From assembly GCA_951406725.2 (NCBI GenBank), contig OX597816.1, positions 28,210,001-28,274,000 of the forward strand: a stretch of 64,000 nucleotides of DNA, in the 5' to 3' direction. Under the pieces are notes generated by a model. The model was not told the origin of the DNA. It made no database searches and worked only from the letters and a program-made list of their open reading frames with translations. This document shows positions 59,720 through 64,000 of the stretch, piece by piece. Position 1 is the stretch's first letter; each line of letters begins with the position of its first letter. The DNA comes from Octopus vulgaris (taxonomy: Eukaryota). A program made the translations under genes and the position numbers.

Positions 59720-60800
59720 ATTTTTTCCTTTCCACTCTAACGCACACATATATCTCTTGTTCCTTCGTTGAGGATGACAAGATGGTTAAGAATATAGAAA
59801 AATATGTCTTGCTAGAAACAAGGAACTGGAAATCTTGGAAGCAAACTACTTGGATATCACTCCCAAGCTAAGATTCCATAAGTCCTTTATTCCCTCTCAA
59901 CTTTAGCTTTGTTAAGGCATACAAAAGCCGAAGATACGTCTTTAACGACAAAACTAAGAACATATATATATGTTATAGATAACAGAACATGCAAGGGTTT
60001 ACAAACAAACATTACATAACATACAATATAATTTCCTCTCATGTTTAAGATAGTATTAAACACAGCTAAGCAGATAATTATTGGGATGAATATTGAGGGA
60101 ATATGCATTTCTAGCAAATCCTTGTGTTTCTGTAAAATTCTGTTTGAAATTGCCTCTCTGCGGAATTAACTGATACGAACGTAATATTGTGATGATCTAG
60201 TGATTCAAATTAGGATGACCATCCTTTGGAGACGACATCATGTACGGGTAAATGTCCACGATCAGAAGAGCAATACATTTGCAATAAATGCTACTGGGAT
60301 TCCTTAAAATCTTCTCCCAACTGCTCAAGAAATATCGAAATCTCTAAGAGTCTTTAAAAATTAGTGCATCGATGTTACATTCATGCAAATATAATTCATT
60401 AAAGTTTGTTCCTTTATTCTTCGGAAAATGTGCATGAACTTCAATCATCTTCAAGTTTTCATTTAAAATTATGCCCTAAAATGTCTCTGGCCAGGACTAT
60501 AAATGTCAACGTGAAATATCTCATAGGCTACGATAATGTATACTGTCTACTTTGATTGGAATAACTCCTTTGCTCCAGCCGAATGATCAAGTTGTGATAG
60601 TTAACTTCAAGGCATATTATATGAGAACGTCCAAACAAATTATGAAATACTGTGAATAATATAGCTCAGTTCTGGGATGGAGTGAAACTTCAGCTTCGAA
60701 GAGTGCTTGGAAAAGTATATTGGCAGACTGTATCCATGACATTACAATTTTTTCTCAAGTTAAAGTCTACATCAAATTCGAAAATCAAAAGAAAAAATAT
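59720..60800 (+). mobile_element. Degenerate pogo/Tigger-like DDE transposase relic
   Basis: TPLLQPNDQVVIVNFKAYYMR (60564-60628) resembles the TSLIQPMDQGVIxxFKAYY motif. An upstream INATG resembles LDNAxGH. Confidence 0.55.
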
Positions 60801-61267
60801 GAATCTTGCCAATGATGCAGCATTTGAAAATTCATAGAGAATGATGCGGTAGAGTTGGTAGTGTCCCAGAAAGAAAATTTATCTAACAGGGCGCTGGTGC
60901 TATCACACAGTAGTCAATATCTTATGTGGTGGGAACGTATTCTTACGATAAAAGGATACTTTTAATAAGCTTTTGAAATATTTTTTGTTGTTTTACTGTA
61001 TCGTGTATGTTTAGAAATAGTTATTTTCTTGTATGAAGGGGAATGTGTTGTTTGCTCTCTTGCTTCCTTGTGCTACTTTTGGTTTCGAAAATTTCTTTAC
61101 AGGAACGCAATAATATGAATATCAAAAGAAAAATAAATTCGTCATTACGGTCAGATTTTCGGGGTCATATTACTTCCGCAAAGAAAGGGATATGTGTATG
61201 TATGTATGTATGTATGTATGTATGTATGTATGTATGTATGTATTTATATAAGTATGTATTTATATAA

Positions 61268-61311
<44 letters not shown>

Positions 61312-61592
61312 ATATATATATATATGTATATGTCTGTATTTATGCATATATATATATGCATATATACACACACAGATATATATATATATTTATATATATA
61401 CATACATAGATATAGATATATAGATATATATAGATATATATAAATATACGTACACACAAATATATATACATATATGCAAATATATATATACACATGCATA
61501 TGTATATATCTATATCCCTATTCATCTATCTCTCTATGAATCTTGCTATCTTGATATCTCTATATCGATATCTATCTATCTATCTCTCCCTC

Positions 61593-61663
<71 letters not shown>

Positions 61664-62189
61664 ATACACACACATATACATATCTACTTATATGTATATA
61701 TGATATACAAATATAAATACATATATATGTATGTATACATATATATATGTGTGTGTTTATGTGTATACAAACATACATATGAGTCAGACATACTTACTGA
61801 AGTTCTTTTCCGCAGCTAACAGGCATATTGGAAATGCAAGAAGCTCGTCAATAAGTCTCCGAATATACAGAAGATTATATGTAATTAAGACTTCAACCTA
61901 TTATTATTCTAATGGACACCCTACTTAGTATCTTACAAATAATCTCTGTAATTCATGTCTGTATCTCTCCCTGAAATGATCGCTAGTTTGTGTTTTTGAA
62001 GCACTAACTACTCACAACCACTGCACCCCTTCCATATATCTGCTGCTAAAGAAACCTATCACTCTGTATAGGATTGGAGCTATTTAGCTAGCAACGATAT
62101 TAACCTTTGTATACATGCTTTTTTCTCATCATTTTCTCTCACTACGATACGCTTATAGCTCTGCTTTCCTCAAACTGCATCGCATGTAA

Positions 62190-62243
<54 letters not shown>

Positions 62244-62822
62244 ATATATGTGTATGTATATATATGTATATACGCATCTATATATATATATGTGTGTGTG
62301 TGTCTACATGCACTTAAGCATATTTATATATTTACATATATAATATATATGAATATGTACGTTTGTATGTCATTTTAACTTAGTGTTCTCGATTATTATC
62401 AGACATTTTTCTGCGTTGTACTCTTGCAACCCAACCAAACACAACGCAAACATCATACACACTCACAGGCATAAGCTTATATAGAAGCCTAGTGTATAAA
62501 GTAACGTTGGTTTTCACGTCCTTATTATTATAGAAATAAATATATGAAATAAATAGAAATAAATATATGTCTTTATGTACATTGTACGTGTTCTTCAGTT
62601 TTTCTCTAAAACCAAATGCAACAAATGTACTCTATCATTATCTACATAATTCATTGCACTAACACAAATGCATACATACATGCACATACAAATACTTACA
62701 AATATAATCATAATCGTATCTATCTACCTGTCGACTTCTCTCTCTCTCTCTCTCTTTGCACATATCTATATACATATTTAAGTTGCTGTTTCAGCATGGC
62801 CACAGTCAAATGACAGAAACAA

Positions 62823-62914
<92 letters not shown>

Positions 62915-62919
62915 TGTTA

Positions 62920-63324
62920 TTCTGTTACTTGTTTCAGTCATTTGACTGCGGCCATGCTGGAGCACCGCCTTTAATCGAGCAACTCGACCCTGGGACTTAT
63001 TCTTTTGTAAGCCCAGTACTTATTCTATCGGTCTCTTTTGCCGAACCGCTAAGTAACGGGAACATAAACACACCAGCATCGGTTGTCAAGCAATGCTAGG
63101 CGGACAAACACAGACACACAAACACATACATATATAAATATATAAATATATACATATATACGACAGGCTTCTTTCAGTTTCCCTCTACCAAATCCACTCA
63201 CAAGGCATTGGTCGGCCCGGGGCTATAGCAGAAGACACTTGCCCAAGATGCCACGCAGTGGGACTGAACCCGGAACCATGTGGTTGGTTAGCAAGCTACT
63301 TACCACACAGCCACTCCTGCGCCT

Positions 63325-63326
<2 letters not shown>
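62920..63326 (-). mobile_element. tRNA-derived SINE family A, full length
   Basis: TAGGCGCAGGAGTGGCTGTGTGGTAAG...GGGTTCAGTCCC...GCCGCAGTCAAATGACTGAAACAAG. Confidence 0.92.
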
Positions 63327-63383
<57 letters not shown>

Positions 63384-63652
63384 CGTGTCTGGTGAGAGTC
63401 ATTCCCTTTTAGTGCCTTAATAATTAATACACCCAGCGGCTCGATTTCCACTCATTTACACAGTTATGTTTTTCTAAAACTTCCTTTGTGTATTGAAATC
63501 TTTTCAGTTGTCGTTGACGAAAATAAATGAGTGAAATCGATTTGTTGAGTGTGTTAAGTGATAAGGCATTAAAAGAGAATGACTCTCCCTAGACACAATG
63601 AAATAGGCTTTCACACACGAATTCCCATAATCATGCAAACCAAATATAAAAA

Positions 63653-63709
<57 letters not shown>

Positions 63710-63711
<2 letters not shown>

Positions 63712-63982
63712 CAATTGCAGCGTGGAAGGTGTTTATAAGCCATTTAAGAAACACACAAAACCGTTAGATTCACTTCAACATTTAAATTTAATTTGTCAAA
63801 ATATTATCGTCGCTTTGGGACCGAGACCTCTTTTGACAAATTAAATTTTAAATGTTGAAGTGAATCTAACGGTTTTGTGTGTTTCTGAATTGGCTTATAA
63901 ACACATTTCACGCTGCGATTGTTTTCGTTCCAACACACGATCTCAGATCAAGTCACTCGCTATGCAAGTACATCTCCGTAAT
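63710..63982. mobile_element. Fold-back element with ~90-bp arms, in (TA)n
   Basis: CAATTGCAGCGTGGAAGGTGTTTATAAGCCA...ATTTGTCAAAA versus TTTTGACAAAT...TGGCTTATAAACACATTTCACGCTGCGATTG, followed by a ~60-bp unique tail. Confidence 0.8.
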
Positions 63983-64000
63983 ATATATATATATATATAT

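Overview
AT-rich, microsatellite-saturated eukaryotic DNA. The SINE set, the (TA)n/(TAA)n load and the expanded GC-rich 18S 3' fragment suggest an octopod cephalopod (inference, no database search). Almost all ORFs in the track are translations of simple repeats. The only convincing intact gene is an uninterrupted 421-aa membrane protein (15995-17260, +) that aligns by eye with STE24/ZMPSTE24 (peptidase M48) but has lost its catalytic residues. The rest is mobile DNA: at least four tRNA-derived SINE families, mariner and pogo relics, three non-autonomous Helitrons, RTE, CR1 and R4-like LINE fragments, and many Penelope-like element (PLE) fragments carrying minimal hammerhead ribozyme (HHR) motifs. 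Best leads: (1) a PLE 3' cassette made of a tRNA-like Pol III head, (TAA)n and an HHR; (2) several fold-back HHR micro-elements sitting in (TA)n; (3) a chimeric retro-insertion of the exact 18S rRNA 3' end plus a full SINE within one 12-bp TSD; (4) the pseudo-protease STE24 paralog. All family calls come from motif recognition by eye, and boundaries of degenerate elements are approximate.
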